Origin: Dimorphilus gyrociliatus
Lineage: Eukaryota; Animalia; Annelida
DNA length: 64,000 nucleotides
Direction of reading: 5' to 3'
Assembly: GCA_904063045.1 (NCBI GenBank)
Contig: CAJFCJ010000035.1
Span: 124,001-188,000, forward strand
Notes under the pieces: model-generated
Told to the model about the DNA's origin: nothing
Database searches by the model: none
Seen by the model: only the letters and a program-made list of their open reading frames with translations
Shown: positions 46,355-59,495 of the stretch, in pieces
How positions within the stretch are numbered: the first letter of the stretch is position 1
Layout of the letters: every line of letters begins with the position of its first letter
Position numbers and translations under genes: made by a program

Positions 46355-48823
46355 TTGACAGCCAAAATCCTTGAAATGTATCCAAGACAATCAAGCTATG
46401 TTCATACAAATTTTCAAACTATACTGGCAACTGTAAAAAACCTGCCCAATCACACAATATTCCAATTTATGGAACTAGTTGAAAAAATAATAGAACACAA
46501 TCCTAGTATAATAGATGAGGAATTTCTGGAATATACATTGGAGAATTTAGAAGGAGAAAATTCAAATTTCGTTTTAAATGTTACGTACAGCCTCATGTCA
46601 AACAGGAAAGATTTGTTTGTCAATTATCACAAAAGACTTGCCAACTTCATAAAAAGCTCTCACCCAAATAGTATTTTTGTTGTCAGTAACCTGCCTCAAT
46701 TGGCTGAAACAGAGGAATTGGCAACATTTTATACAAATTTGATTTGGGAAATTTTCTACAAAGTGAAAACTGAGCACCGCTCCTTTCTATTATCAGCTTT
46801 ACAAGGTATTGTTTGTAAATTTAAACAACCTGTTGCTATTTACAAAGATGAACTGCTGAAACTCAAAGATGGTCCAATGGTTGATCAAGTTCAATACATT
46901 ATTAATGTTATTGAAGGGAGGAGTCTAGAGGGCATTGCAAACATTTTAGATGATCACCAAGATGAATTGGAAAATCTTGATGTTAGAGTCACGGATAACA
47001 GTGGTAAGATAGTTGAACTTGACAGCGATCTGGTAAAGACTAAAGAAAAGATTGAAAATGTAAAAGAAGATTTGGAAATGATGAAAAATCAAGTTCAAAA
47101 GATTGAATATAATATTGAAAATCTTGATGAACGAGTAGAAAAACTTAGTCATATGACTCTCAGCCATGCTCCTTCTTGGTCCCGTCACCTTTCTGACCTT
47201 ATGAATAAACCAAGTGACAATGATTGGAGACTACTGGCATTAAAACTCAATTATAGCGTTGATGATGTCAGAAATTGGGCTACTCAACCTGATCCGTGTC
47301 TTTCCCTAATTGATGAATGGTTTGCCACTAATAATACAAAGGAGGCAACATTTGCAATCTTAAAGAATTTGAAAGATATGAATAGACTTGATGCGGCTGA
47401 GATTGTTGAAAATGCCCTTGAATCTGTAAAATCCATCATTGAAGATAAAAAAGTTGAAATGATAGAAAAACCAAAAGTGTTTATCAGCTATCAATGGGGT
47501 CATCAGGAGGAGGTCAAACTACTTTGCAAACATTTGGAGCAAGCTGGCTTCAAAGCTTGGATGGATATTGGTCAAATGGGTGGAGGCGATAGCCTATTCC
47601 AGAAGATAGACGATGGAATTAGGTCTGCTCAAGTCATTCTGAGTTGTGTAAGTTTAAAATACGCAAAATCAACAAATTGTTGCCGCGAAATTAATCTCTC
47701 AGCCAATCTTGGAAAAGCAATTATTCCCTTACTAATGGAAGATTTATCTTGGCCACCTAGCGGACCTTTGGGTCCCATTTTAGCTGAATATTTATATATC
47801 AAATTCTATCAAAAAAATGAAAAAAATAACAATCAAAACATTTTCTGGCATCCAGAAAAATTCCAAGAACTTTTAATGCAACTTCGCTTTCATTTAGAGC
47901 CTAATATGGAATTAATCAAAAAAGGTTCTCCCTACTTTGGTTGGACAAAGCATCTAAAAAAGGAGCAACACTCCAATGAATCCGAAATGCTAAAAGGAAA
48001 CTCTCCACCTCTCTTTATTTCCTATCAATGGGATAATCAAAAATTAGTTACAACTCTGTGTAGAAGCCTTTTGGAAAAGGGATTTGAATGTTGGCTTGAT
48101 ATTGCTCAAATGGGTGGAGGTGATTCACTTTTTGATAAAATTGACAATGGAGTAAGGAGAGCAAAACTTATCATATCTTGTGTTACTCAAAAGTATTCTC
48201 AAAGTGTCAACTGTAAAAGAGAAATTGGCTTATCATCGGAATTAGGAAAACCAATTGTTCCTGTACTTTTAGAGAATATAAAATGGCCACCCGAAGGACC
48301 AATGTCAAAGGCTTTTACAGATTTAAAGTATATTAATTTTTCAACAGTAAATGACAGAAATATTGGTGACAGTGATGAATTTATGCAGTTACTTCATACA
48401 ATTGATTTTCAACTAAAAGCTCAAAGGAGAGATGCTCTTTCTAAAAAAAACAAACAATCTGAAGAGGAAAAACAGCAAGATAATAAACTAGGTGAAAATA
48501 AAGAAGAGATGACACAGAGAAAAGGGGAAAACCATGATAATGAAAGAATGAAGCAGGCATCAATGGAAAACAAATTACACACAGAAGAAGAGAAGAATAG
48601 AGAATTTGAAGAAAAATTAAAAAGCAGGGAAAATATGATAAAGCAACTGCGAGAGGAAGTATTGGAAGTAAAACAGAACAATAAAGATATAGACAAGGAG
48701 CTAAACAAGGCACGGTTGAGATGGCATCTAGAAGAAGAAAGAAAAAGAATTGCACAGTTAAGAAAGGAAAAGGAGAATCCAACTAAAGAAATTAAAAAAT
48801 CATCAACTTGTCTACTCTTATGA
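46355..48823 (+). CDS. Helical N-terminus, coiled coil, Death domain, two TIR (TIR_2-type) domains, coiled coil, CaaX; probably has upstream exon(s)
   Basis: DWRLLALKLNY..LIDEW..LKDMNRLDAA (Death); VFISYQW..WMDIGQMGGGDSLF..CCREI and LFISYQW..WLDIAQMGGGDSLF..CKREI (TIR x2); ends CLLL*. Likely intron at 46312-46361. Confidence 0.85.
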   Translation: MTAKILEMYPRQSSYVHTNFQTILATVKNLPNHTIFQFMELVEKIIEHNPSIIDEEFLEYTLENLEGENSNFVLNVTYSLMSNRKDLFVNYHKRLANFIKSSHPNSIFVVSNLPQLAETEELATFYTNLIWEIFYKVKTEHRSFLLSALQGIVCKFKQPVAIYKDELLKLKDGPMVDQVQYIINVIEGRSLEGIANILDDHQDELENLDVRVTDNSGKIVELDSDLVKTKEKIENVKEDLEMMKNQVQKIEYNIENLDERVEKLSHMTLSHAPSWSRHLSDLMNKPSDNDWRLLALKLNYSVDDVRNWATQPDPCLSLIDEWFATNNTKEATFAILKNLKDMNRLDAAEIVENALESVKSIIEDKKVEMIEKPKVFISYQWGHQEEVKLLCKHLEQAGFKAWMDIGQMGGGDSLFQKIDDGIRSAQVILSCVSLKYAKSTNCCREINLSANLGKAIIPLLMEDLSWPPSGPLGPILAEYLYIKFYQKNEKNNNQNIFWHPEKFQELLMQLRFHLEPNMELIKKGSPYFGWTKHLKKEQHSNESEMLKGNSPPLFISYQWDNQKLVTTLCRSLLEKGFECWLDIAQMGGGDSLFDKIDNGVRRAKLIISCVTQKYSQSVNCKREIGLSSELGKPIVPVLLENIKWPPEGPMSKAFTDLKYINFSTVNDRNIGDSDEFMQLLHTIDFQLKAQRRDALSKKNKQSEEEKQQDNKLGENKEEMTQRKGENHDNERMKQASMENKLHTEEEKNREFEEKLKSRENMIKQLREEVLEVKQNNKDIDKELNKARLRWHLEEERKRIAQLRKEKENPTKEIKKSSTCLLL

Positions 48824-49896
48824 GGAAAAACAAGGTAATTTTATTTTAACATGTTTCCCGAAGTAAACCTGAAAATGTCCAGAATCTTTTGCACATCAAT
48901 TTAAATGTTTAATGTATATGTTTCAATAATAAAATGTCAATTCAAAAAGTTTACCAGTTTTCTCTTGCAAAATGCATACTTCACTGACTTTAAAAGTTTC
49001 TGATTGGTGTCTTTATATTCACAAATATTCAATATGTTTTCTATCAGTTTATATTTATTATTTTCTATATTCAAAAATAGGTCTCTGGCCATTTTCAATC
49101 AGGGTTCTGGCTGTTTTCAGCCCACCTCTAATAGTTATCAATCATCCAAAGATTCAAAGATCCATCACATTCACAACTTCATAGATGGAGCCACTTCAGT
49201 GTTAAGAGAATTCAACAGATTGTTATCTAAATTTGCAATATTTGTGCAGTAATGAATGTATAGATAAGCAGGGAAATTGTTTCTTTAACTTCTATTGGAA
49301 CATTTATCACAAGTAACCTTCACCTTTGGATTGAAATCATCTATTTTATTGTAGAGAATATTAACTATATCATTTGGCCTATTTATCGATGAGTTTCATG
49401 ATTATTGGTAATTCAATCAAATGATTCCAATCAACATGTTTGGTAAAACGGATCAAAAATTCTTTTGCAATCACTCTTATTGATTGGTGGAGAAAAGTAT
49501 GAAAAAAGTTCAAGGTAGTTGTGCAACAGTGCTCACCATTCCTTTCAGACAAGTTTCAAATCCACCTCCACTATTGACCAAGCCAACCACTTCAACCATT
49601 CTCCAGCCAGTGGATACTGTGCTTCCTCCAAAGTAATGCATATCTTTGACATTCCTTTGCCATTTGAAAAGTGGCTCCATCTGTCATATCTATTTAATAA
49701 AATACTTCATCAATTATTAATTGATCTGAAGCCAAATATTAACCAAAAGACAGTTGTACAACTAATAAAAGTTTGTTTAAATGTTTCTTTGTCCAAGAAT
49801 ATCATGTGTAAAAAATTCAAATTCAAATTTAGGCAGTTGTACAGTATTCTGAATCTGATATGTCAGACTGACGATGACTCATCAAACAGGCTTAAG

Positions 49897-49955
49897 TGGG
49901 ATACAACAGAAAACGTCCACAAACCATGGCTTTTATCCTAATCCTAATCCAGTGC
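49897..49955 (+). mobile_element. MULE-type terminal sequence (same family as 40755-40822)
   Basis: GGGATACAACAGAAAACGTCCAC..ATCCTAATCCTAATCC. Confidence 0.5.
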
Positions 49956-51394
49956 TTGACTTTACCTAACCTTTGTTCATTATCCCTAATCCTTGGAGGA
50001 GACCATCCTAAGTACAAATCAGTTGCTGTCTTCATCTTTTCAATGCAAAATCTACCCTTGAAATTTCAAATATGTGAAAGTTTTCTGTTGACATTCATTA
50101 TCCATTTTCTATATTCTCAAGTAGAAATCAATCAAGTTTGTAGAATGTTAAAACTAATGAAAAACCAATCAACCAATCTATTATAAAATTCATTGGTTTA
50201 AAAGAATAGGCCTAGATTGTATTTTTTACTATAACCCATTGTTTGTCTCTTCTGGAAATTTTCTAGTCTTTGTCAAATTGGAGAGGAAAAGTGGAAAAAA
50301 AACTGGTTAAATTACTTTTTAATTTTTTTAAAGTCCTATAGATGGCGTTACCATTCCAAATTGTGATAAAAAAATTAAAACTAGACAATAATGTAAAAGT
50401 TGCTAGTGTTTAATCAATACATAGAAATAGTCAACACTTGTTGTTGCTGTTGTTAGATGAGTTTTAATCTTCAAATGTTTCTGATAACAGAGAGAGAGAG
50501 AGAGAATGTTAAAGGAAAAAGAGCCAAATTTGAATTAAATAAATAGAAATAAGTATTAGGCATAGTTTTTACATTAAATCTTCTATGCAATCCCTAAACA
50601 TCATTGTTGTAATGTTGAATTGACAATGAAGGGCTTGTCTTCTAGAGAGGAACACGTCATTTTAAATAAATAAATGACCTATGCCCACATTGAAAGGTGA
50701 AAAACAACATGCAACAGTAGAATGAAACCTTGGTTTGCCCACAATCACAAAAAGACATTGGACAACATATAAAGCAACCTATAAACACAAAGGATGTCAT
50801 ACTACTTACAACTGAACTATTAAACTCTTAGGAAAGTATGTAAACTCTATGAATTTAACAGTTGTGAGCCTAGTTACCTGACCTGTTGCTTGGGGATAAA
50901 AGTTCAGAATATTCAATACACATCTTATTTAGAGAATACAGTAGGTTCTATTTAGACCAGTAGTTTGGCCTGCTATCAGATAAACAATACAGACAATTTC
51001 AGTTGTGACAAGAATAAAATTCCAAAACTCCAAAAAATGTGTATTAGAAATATTGTTTGAATTTGAAATGGTAAATTTCAAGCATACCAAAAACAAATTT
51101 TATACACCTTCTTTGTAATGGAAAGATATTTGTATGTTTATTGATATATTCCAATAGATTAATATCAAACTTCAAAATAAATTGATTAATATAGCAATAG
51201 CAAGTGGCAATGTGAAAATCAATCACATGATGCATTTGCATTTAATATAAAGAAAAGAAGTAAGAATATGATAATTTGGAGATCTACTGTCAGAAATAAA
51301 CAGTCAAATGAGAAGGAAATGTATTTGTCCCAAGTTATCTAAATCACAATCATGACAAAAGTTAAATATCTTAGAAATATTCATTGACATATAT

Positions 51395-53640
51395 TGTACA
51401 CTTATGAACTATAGACAATAGATATGATATTAATGGTACTTACAACATGATGCTAGAAGTAGTGGAGTAGATGTTGCCTCTAGGGTAGATGGTACCAAAC
51501 TACCAGAATCAAGCCCTTTTATAGGCAAAAGATAAGATATTACATAACCAAACATGTTGACAACAACACCAAGTGTTTATTTACATAAATATGATGTAAC
51601 AATTGACCCTTAAGGGTTTACCTACACAAAGTTGTTGTTGTTTACATCACTATTGCATAATATGATAACCCTTGACCCTGTTTGTTGTGAATAATCCTTA
51701 TCTGAAGTTAGACCCTTGTTGTTAACACCAATGGCACAAACAACTGATAAGGAATTGTATATAAGACAGGGCATAGGTAGTAAGAGGCATTCAGTCCTGA
51801 ATGAACCCTCTTAGTGAACAGGTCTAGTATTACTTTAGAATACAGTTATATTGTTATTATAAATTGGTTCTATATTCATCTTTATTCAATTCTACATCTC
51901 TTCTAAGTGGCTGACTCCTAATTCAGTTCTATTTGGACCAGTACTTACCTACAACCCCATAGCAGGAAAGTACAAACTTGGTGCAGTTGACAGGATAATT
52001 ATCTTTCAAAAATGGCTAGTGCTGGAAGCGAATCCACTGCTAGTAGATCAAGTAAAGATGATAAGAAAATTAGTGAGTACATGCTAAAAGTGGAAGAATA
52101 TATGGAAGGAATAAGGAATTTGGGTGGATCTCTTGATGGTGATGCTTTCATTGCAAGACATGTGCAGACTGGTTCATTAACTCTTGCTAAGAATTCTGTA
52201 TATGGAAGTTCATGTAGTTGCAATCAACCATCTGGTAGTTCAAGTGAGCCAATGTCTCAAGAAAGAAATAGGGGACATAGGACAACAGACCAATTGGTAA
52301 TGTGAATCACTGAATTGGAACATACAATGGCAAATCTACTCTTGGATGCTGGTGAAAGACCTAATACTACATTGTTGAAACCAGATTCAGGAAGAGAGGA
52401 CACCTGGAATTTTAAAAGGAACTTCAGAACAGCTGCAGAAATAAGTTCATGGAATACTGAAGCAAAAAGAATCAGAATGTTAAGAAAGTACACTGTAGAC
52501 AAAGCTAGACTGGTTGTTGAAAGACTTCCTCCAGAAGCATCAGAAAGAGACATTTGGGGAGCTCTAGACTTTGAGTTTAATCCACCCTCAAAAGTCTATA
52601 AAAAAGAGGTTGACAACTTAAAGCAATTAACTGGTGAAACTGTAACAGGTTTTGCTGAGAGCAAGTGATCTCATTGAGAAATTATTGCCTGGGTCTGCAA
52701 ATGATAGGCCTGAGGTTATTGAAAAGATAAGAGAACTACAGTTGATAAATTCACTAAGATCTGGCTTGAGGGCTGGTATAGTCAACCATGTGGAAAAACA
52801 CAGAAATATACAGAGTGCAAAGAGGTATCTAGACTTGGCAAAGGAAGCTGAAGCATATCTTAGTACTCTATGAAAAGAAGAAGAAGAGGAACAACATTGG
52901 AAGAAAAATGATTGGAAAACTCACAATCCTCCACAACACAGACACAGTAATCTAGAGAACAAAGGCTACAATCCAAGATATGGCAGAAACCATTATGGAA
53001 ACAGGAGATCTGAATCAAAGTCAACACTCCACAGAATTACTTTTGAAAAACCTGACAAGCCATCAGATGGAGAAAACACAGCTGGACAAGAAGCAAAGTA
53101 CCATTTTAGATGTACTTCACAAGTCAAGGGACAAAATGATTTCATGTTCAGATTTGTGAATCCAAAAGGGAGAGAAACTTTGGCTCTTTGTGATTCTGGT
53201 ACTCTCATGTCCTTCATTACTGAAAAGGAAATACAGTTGCTGGGTGTAAAGGTCCAGATGAAATTACCTCCTGGGTCACCATGTTTCACTACAGCTGATG
53301 GTACAAGATTAAACACTCTTGGACACTGTAAATTAAATATTCAGTTTGCTGGTAAGATTCTAGAACAGGAATTTGTGTTTGTAAAAGATCTGGATTTGTC
53401 AATACTTCTTGGATCTGATTTTCTTTCAAAAAGTGGTGCAAAGTTGGATTTTGCAACAAAAACTGTATCCCTTCCTTTCTTCATTAGAAATGGTAAGGAT
53501 GCAAGGGAGGAATTACACATGGAATCTTCTCATAGAGCTGAAGCAGATCAAAGAAGATGAACAAAAACAAGAAGAAACTTTCTGTTAGAATGATTAGGAA
53601 TGAAAAGAATTCAAGGAATGCAGTGGGGTTAACCAGAATT
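51395..53640 (+). mobile_element. Gypsy family C, 3'-truncated: LTR 51395-51974, PBS 51979-51996, decayed gag-PR
   Basis: 580-bp TGTACA..AAAGTACA LTR; TGGTGCAGTTGACAGGAT; gag homologous to A (ERPNTTLLKP, KRNF, RMLRKYT); ALCDSGTL and ILLGSDFL. Confidence 0.88.
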
Positions 53641-54422
53641 GAAAAAGAAAGAAGAAAATTGGTAACTATTGTTGAGGAGTTTGAAGAGATTGTGGCAATT
53701 TTTGGGACAATTCGGTCTGTTTTGGAACAATTCAGTCTGTTTTTGGGACAATTCAGCCTGTATTTAAATTAAGAATAGTACACTTTTTTTAAAACTCAAA
53801 CAATATAAAACACCAGTTTATTTCATTATGTAATGGAACTGTTACCAGTTTTTTTGTGTATATTTTATTTCTTTAACTCCAGTGAAAGCTTTTTTGATTT
53901 TAAAGAACTAAAAATTGATTATTAATTGATAATATAAAGTGTGAAAAAAGAAAATTCAATTGTACATAATGAATTTAAAAACATGCTGGTTGTGTACAAA
54001 GAAATTTTATTGGAATCAACAGAAAGTAAGATGCAAACTTTGCAAGCATTTTTATCATAGAAAGTGTTCCAAAAGTAAGTAAATATTTTTCTTTTCTTTC
54101 CTTTTTGTAAAACTTACATATTTTTAATCAGAAAATGATTATTGTGTTGATTGCTTCAATGTTAGAAGACAAAAGTTTTAATTAAGTTAAGAAAAATTGT
54201 TGAGAAAAAAAATGAAAGTCATTCAAATGAAAGTCAAAATGAACTGGGTGCTATGAATACTGAACAATTTCATGAAGAAAATCAACAAGTAAATAACTTG
54301 TAACTTTTCTCAGTTGAAAAATTGTTAAAATTTTGTTATTTCAGTTGAGACTATCCTTCGATTTTGAAAATTGTATTGAGGATATATCTGAAGAAGAAAA
54401 TAATAATTCAAATAACTGTGAT

Positions 54423-55350
54423 TGTACTTTGTTCTATTGTAATTGTAGGAAGTCCTAGCTGGTTGCTATCAAATTCGTCCTCTCCAATCATTTACCAATG
54501 TGCCAAAGTACTGGTCCAAATAGAACCTTTCAAGTTTGTCCACAAGTAGTCTTAATAAATGTAATTCCAGTAAAAATTAACCAACAAACACCAGTATTTC
54601 ATTCAAAGAATATGTATTTGAGTAAATGAGTTTCTAGTTCTAAACAAGCAAGTTTGAACAACCAGCTGATGGTTAGAAAACTGAACTGACTACTGTTAAA
54701 TTCTAAGGGTTTATATACTTTTCCAATAGTTCACAGTTCACAGATAAAAATATTCACACAAACAAATGTAACAATTTGGATAAAGGGAAAGTTCAAATAT
54801 ACTTCCATGTTTGTTACTTTTTCTTTATCTTGGAGATCTTTTGCTCCCTATTTTAGTAGGTCAGAAAGTTGCCTAAGATGTAGCAATTATTAATAGAAGT
54901 TGGATTGATTCCAAAACACAAAAATAGGAAAATGTCAACTTGATGCCGTTTTAATATACAACAAATTATTAATAATAATTGTTTGTGTAAGATAATATGT
55001 TTCTGTGTAAAGGACTGGTAGGATAAAAGTATTAAACTTAATCATCTAATATAGTATTGTGCATACAATACTGTTCAAAAGTGACAATAATCTAAAAGCT
55101 CCAAATATAAATAGAATAGTGGAAGATATAATTAATATTCATTAAATATGATGTGTATAATAATTAGGGTTAACATCTAGTTTAAATAGTGTATGTTGTA
55201 GTTTTAGGCATGTAGAGTACTCTATAATACTCTTTCAATATTGCTTTCCATTGATGAATGAAATGTAACAATTTTGGTGTATTGTGTGAATTTGTGAGCC
55301 TGGTTATAAGCTTATGTGTTTAGTACCTACGAACTGCCTAAATGTGTACA
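54423..55350 (-). repeat. Family A 3' LTR (928 bp)
   Basis: TGTACAC..AAAGTACA in element sense. Confidence 0.95.
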
Positions 55351-55354
55351 AACA

Positions 55355-55366
55355 TCCCACTCCTTT
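55355..55366 (-). promoter_or_regulatory. Polypurine tract of element A
   Basis: AAAGGAGTGGGA, 4 nt before the LTR and overlapping the env stop. Confidence 0.8.
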
Positions 55367-57620
55367 AAGACCTTGCTTCCATGAAAGGTCTTGGGCTTGA
55401 AACAATCAGTGAGTCACCATCCTTTTTGAATGTTGGATAAGTTTGTAGTGGTATTTCTTCTGGTTCAGCTGTTGGGGCTGTAGGTAACTTTTCTTTTCTA
55501 GCTAAAAGCTTAGCTAGCTTGGTGAAGTGTACTCTTTTCCAGTCTTTCTTCCAAAGAAACCAAATCAGAATCACAATTCCAATGATTATTGTTATTGGAA
55601 GAAGTATGTTGATGAGTGTTTTGTAAGGTGTCCTGGCCCATGATGAGAATATATGTTCAGTTTTAGACAAAGCAGCATCAATGCCCAAATCATTAGCAAA
55701 GTTTATGTGCTCTTTATGTCTTGTTAAAGTGTCTTGAATGTATTCTAAAACTTGTTGAACTTGTTATTGTTTCTTACCAACATCCTCTTTTATACAAAGT
55801 TGTATTAACTCAGTAAGTCTAGCAACCTCTAATTTTTGTTCTTCAATTTCATTGCTTATTTTCATTCTGATTGATTGTGCTGCTGCAGTTTGAAATCTGC
55901 ATCCTTTCTTTGTGTAATAGATGAATGTTTTCTTTCCAGAATACATTGCATGTTGATTGTGTTCAATGTCCAGTGGGTTTTTCTTAATTTTGAACAGGTG
56001 TTGTGTTTGGTCACAATCTCCATATCTTATATCTTCTTTTGTTATGTGGTAAGCATGATGGAGTATTGGATCAACTGACAATAAGAGATCTTTATACTTG
56101 ATGAGAAATTCTTTGGAGCATAATCCATTTTTGGTGATAATTGTTGTATCACACACTACTTGAACTGATTTTAATTCTGTACAAGTATTTAAGGTTGTTA
56201 GATCACCAAGCCATGTACTGTGCATTCCATGCTTAGATCCGAGTATTGATGGTAGTTGAGGTGCCAATGGTGTGAGTAATGCTACCATCTTGTTTCTCAT
56301 AATGAATTCTTTGCATAGAAGTTGTGATACTTGTTTGAAAACTGTTTGTAAATTTTGGAAATTTTTATCAATGTTATTTAATAAAGCAGATGTTTGAATA
56401 GCATCTGCTATGTCTATTTTGTGAAATTTTGTTTTTTTTTGAGTTCAAAATCTTCTGCTTTTGCCATTCTAGCAGGTTCCATTTTGGTTGTTTTCAACAT
56501 TTTGAGTATGTATTTGTTGTTAATATCCCATATATCAGGTGAGATTATTTCTCTGACCATCCAGGTCCTAACCAGTGGTGTTACATGATTTTTGATCAGC
56601 ATATGATAAGTCTTGTCACCATCTCTATACCAATCATTATAGGTTAGTATATTTTGTATTTCTGTATTATTTGCTTTTCTCAAAGTTGATTTCTTTCCAT
56701 CATAATTCTGCAATCTTGCAACTTCTTTGTTTGAAATGATTTTATATTTGATATCTGCCATCATTCTGTTATCAGCATAATTTGAATTTGTAAGATCAGT
56801 TCTTAATAAGTTGTATTCCTTCTGGGGTACTAAAATTCTTGTTCCAGGACCACCATATCCTTTGATATATCTATCTTGATAAGGTAAATCCATTATTGCA
56901 TAGTTGGGACATGAAAAATATCCTCCAAGATTAATGCACTCTACATTGTAGGATACTGCTTTCCATGGGGATTCATGACCAAGGAGATTTTGTCCTTTCT
57001 GAGGATTGAAAATAATAATGGAATCCAGAGTTCTACAAAATTTATGTTTGATAGAACAGTCCTCTAAATATTCCAAGTTGGTTGTTATCTTATCCTGACT
57101 TGGGTGCCAATAAGCTTTGCCAATTTGGAGAATTGTTGTAAATTCTTCAACCACTGTTGTTATGGCCATTTGTAGTTTGATCCTTTGTTTTCATTGTACA
57201 TTAGAAGGTTTCCTTTTTCAATGAGTTTTTGTCCATTTAAGGTCTTTTTTGACAATAACATTTTTCTGCATTGTTTGTCACTTAAGGTAAGTGTTTGTTT
57301 TTCAACTCTGTGTTTCTTTGCTCCAAAGAAGTAATGAGTGTAAAAGTTGATTCTTCTCTTTATCAAACACTTAACAGCTTGTATTGCCAAATTATCAGCT
57401 TTAATTTCATAAATATTTGCCATTATTTTGGTCATTTGTTTAGTTTTGAATGTGCAAATTGGTTCATCAGCCAGATCAAATAACTGATGAACTTGTTGCC
57501 CTTGACAGAATTGTACTGAAGGAAGCATTCTCACAGTTATGTTTGCTTTTGTTATTGATGCATTTCCCTCAACCAAGTTTAATAAGCAGAGAGCTAGCAG
57601 AGTGTAAACAATGGATCCTC
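55365..57620 (-). CDS. env: Family A envelope glycoprotein (~750 aa; 2 frameshifts and 1 stop in this copy), class III fusogen-like
   Basis: Internal signal IVYTLLALCLLNLVEG; NAS and NIT sequons; YFFG and YKWP loops; LLCKEF..LTPLAPQ..LGDLTTLNTC; TM ILLPITIIIGIVILIWFLW followed by KK. Confidence 0.85.
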
Positions 57621-59495
57621 TTATAGGAAGTGTTCCAACTTTCCTTTCTTGTTTCTCTACCTTGAGTGTGTTAACTCTAGTTGGTTGTTTGTTAGCCAAT
57701 CTTAGTCTACTAGCATGGTAGAATTTTCTTTTGCCATTTAATATTTCCAATTCATAAAGACATTTTGTAGTATCAGTAGCAGTTACAATGTATGATCCAC
57801 TCCATTTGCTTGTATTTATTCTATTCATTCCTTGTCCAATGTGTTCATTTTTTATGTGTACCCATTCACCAATTTGGTAAGTTGGGGGTTTTCTTGTGAT
57901 AGTTTTGTTTACTCTATCTCTATATCCCTTCTTTTTCATGACAGATTTGCACAATGCAGTTGCTCTTATTTCTTCCATTTCATGCTTTCTATCAAATAGA
58001 AATTTTGTTGTTGGTTCTAATCTTGGAACTTCCATTAACACATCTAAGACGTTCCTATTCTTCAATCCAAATAATATTTCATGTGGAGTTTTGCCTGTGC
58101 TTCCCACTGGAATTTGGTTTAAGCATGTTTGAATTATTGGTAATTGTCTTGTCCAATCTGTTAATTGTTCCATAACTACATGTTTATGTAGTGCTCTGCG
58201 AATTTCCAAATTCTTTCTTTCTACCATTCCATTACTTTGGCTATGGAATGCTGTTGTTTTTATTTTCCTTATTCCCATTGATGTAACCATCTCTGTAAAT
58301 ATTTCCCCCAGAAAATTCCGTCCTTGGTCTGTGAGAATTTCTTCTGGAATACCAAATATTGGAAAGTAGTTAAAAAACAAGTGTTTTGATATTTCTTCAG
58401 CTGTCTGAGTTTTTAATGGAAATAGATTTGTAAATCTTGACATGTGATCTATAATGACAAGTATGTATTTGTAAGATTCATGTCCTGTTAGTGGTCCCAT
58501 TATGTCCATTGCAATTCTTTGCATTGGTAGAGTTGGATGGGGTGTTTCAACCAATAGATGTTTGTTTCCAGGTGCTCTTAATTGTTCACAGAATTTGCAA
58601 TTCTTTATATGGTCTTTAATTGTTTTCTTAAGTTGTGGATGCCAGAAAGCTTGTTCCAAAGAATGAATTGTTATGTCTACACCATAGTGTTCAAATATTT
58701 GATGTTGATGTATTTGGTTCAGTAGGTCTGTTAAAGTTAGTAGTGGAATTACCAGTAATGGTTGACAACCATTCAGATACCATACTAAATCATCTTTGAC
58801 AAACATATGTTCAATAAAATTTTTGTATTCCTTGAACATTTCAACATCAATATTTGCTCCTTCCAATTTTTCTACAATTTTCATTAGTGTGTCATCCAAA
58901 ACTTGTTCAGTGTAGAAGTTTATCTCAACAGGTTTATTTTTTAATTTCATGACCTGTAATTTTTTGTAATCTGCTTCTTCATCATAACCATCATTATTGT
59001 CTAAAATGTCATCCAAACAATCAGCTAAGTCTTCTAAATCTTCTGTATCAATATAAAAGCATTTAAGCATATCCTTTCTTTCTGCTAATTGTGGAATTGT
59101 ATTGCCATTTTGTTTTTCTTCATTTAGTCTTTCCTTTAGTAAATTTCGGAAATCAATAACTTCATCAGTTTCTCCAATTCTGGATATCCAGTCTGCTCTG
59201 TTGGTTCTTCCAGGTATGTAAATTATTTCAAAGTCCATATCCATAAGTGCCATAACCCATTTAACAGTACTTGAATTTAATTTGTTTTGTACAAATGTTT
59301 GTACCAAATTTTGGTGATCAGTGTAAAGAAAAAATTTCTTATACTGCAAGTAATGGGAGAATTTTTGTACTGCCCAATAGACTGCAAAAGCTTCTTTTTG
59401 ATAAGCTGCATACCTTAGTTGTGTATTGATTAGGAGTTTTGAAGCAAAAGAAATTGGCTTTCTTATTTTCTTTCCATCTTCTTCCCATTCTTGTT
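57621..59495 (-). CDS. pol: Family A RNase H - integrase - GPY/F-like module, continuous with env
   Basis: YTDHQNL; HQHQIFEH..CKFC; AMDIMGP, TDQGRNF, MVERKN; WSGSYIV..HASRLR within ORF 57160-59349. Confidence 0.93.

Noticed and set aside
40822-49897. A large MULE bounded by the two TIR-like ends and carrying the TIR-domain gene
   Set aside because: The two ends point away from each other, and no 9-bp TSD was found.
54364-54549. ORF ending ..IIYQCAKVLVQIEPFKFVHK (also 62506-62778 and the end of 3156-3983)
   Set aside because: Antisense frame of LTR U5, recurring wherever the LTR occurs.
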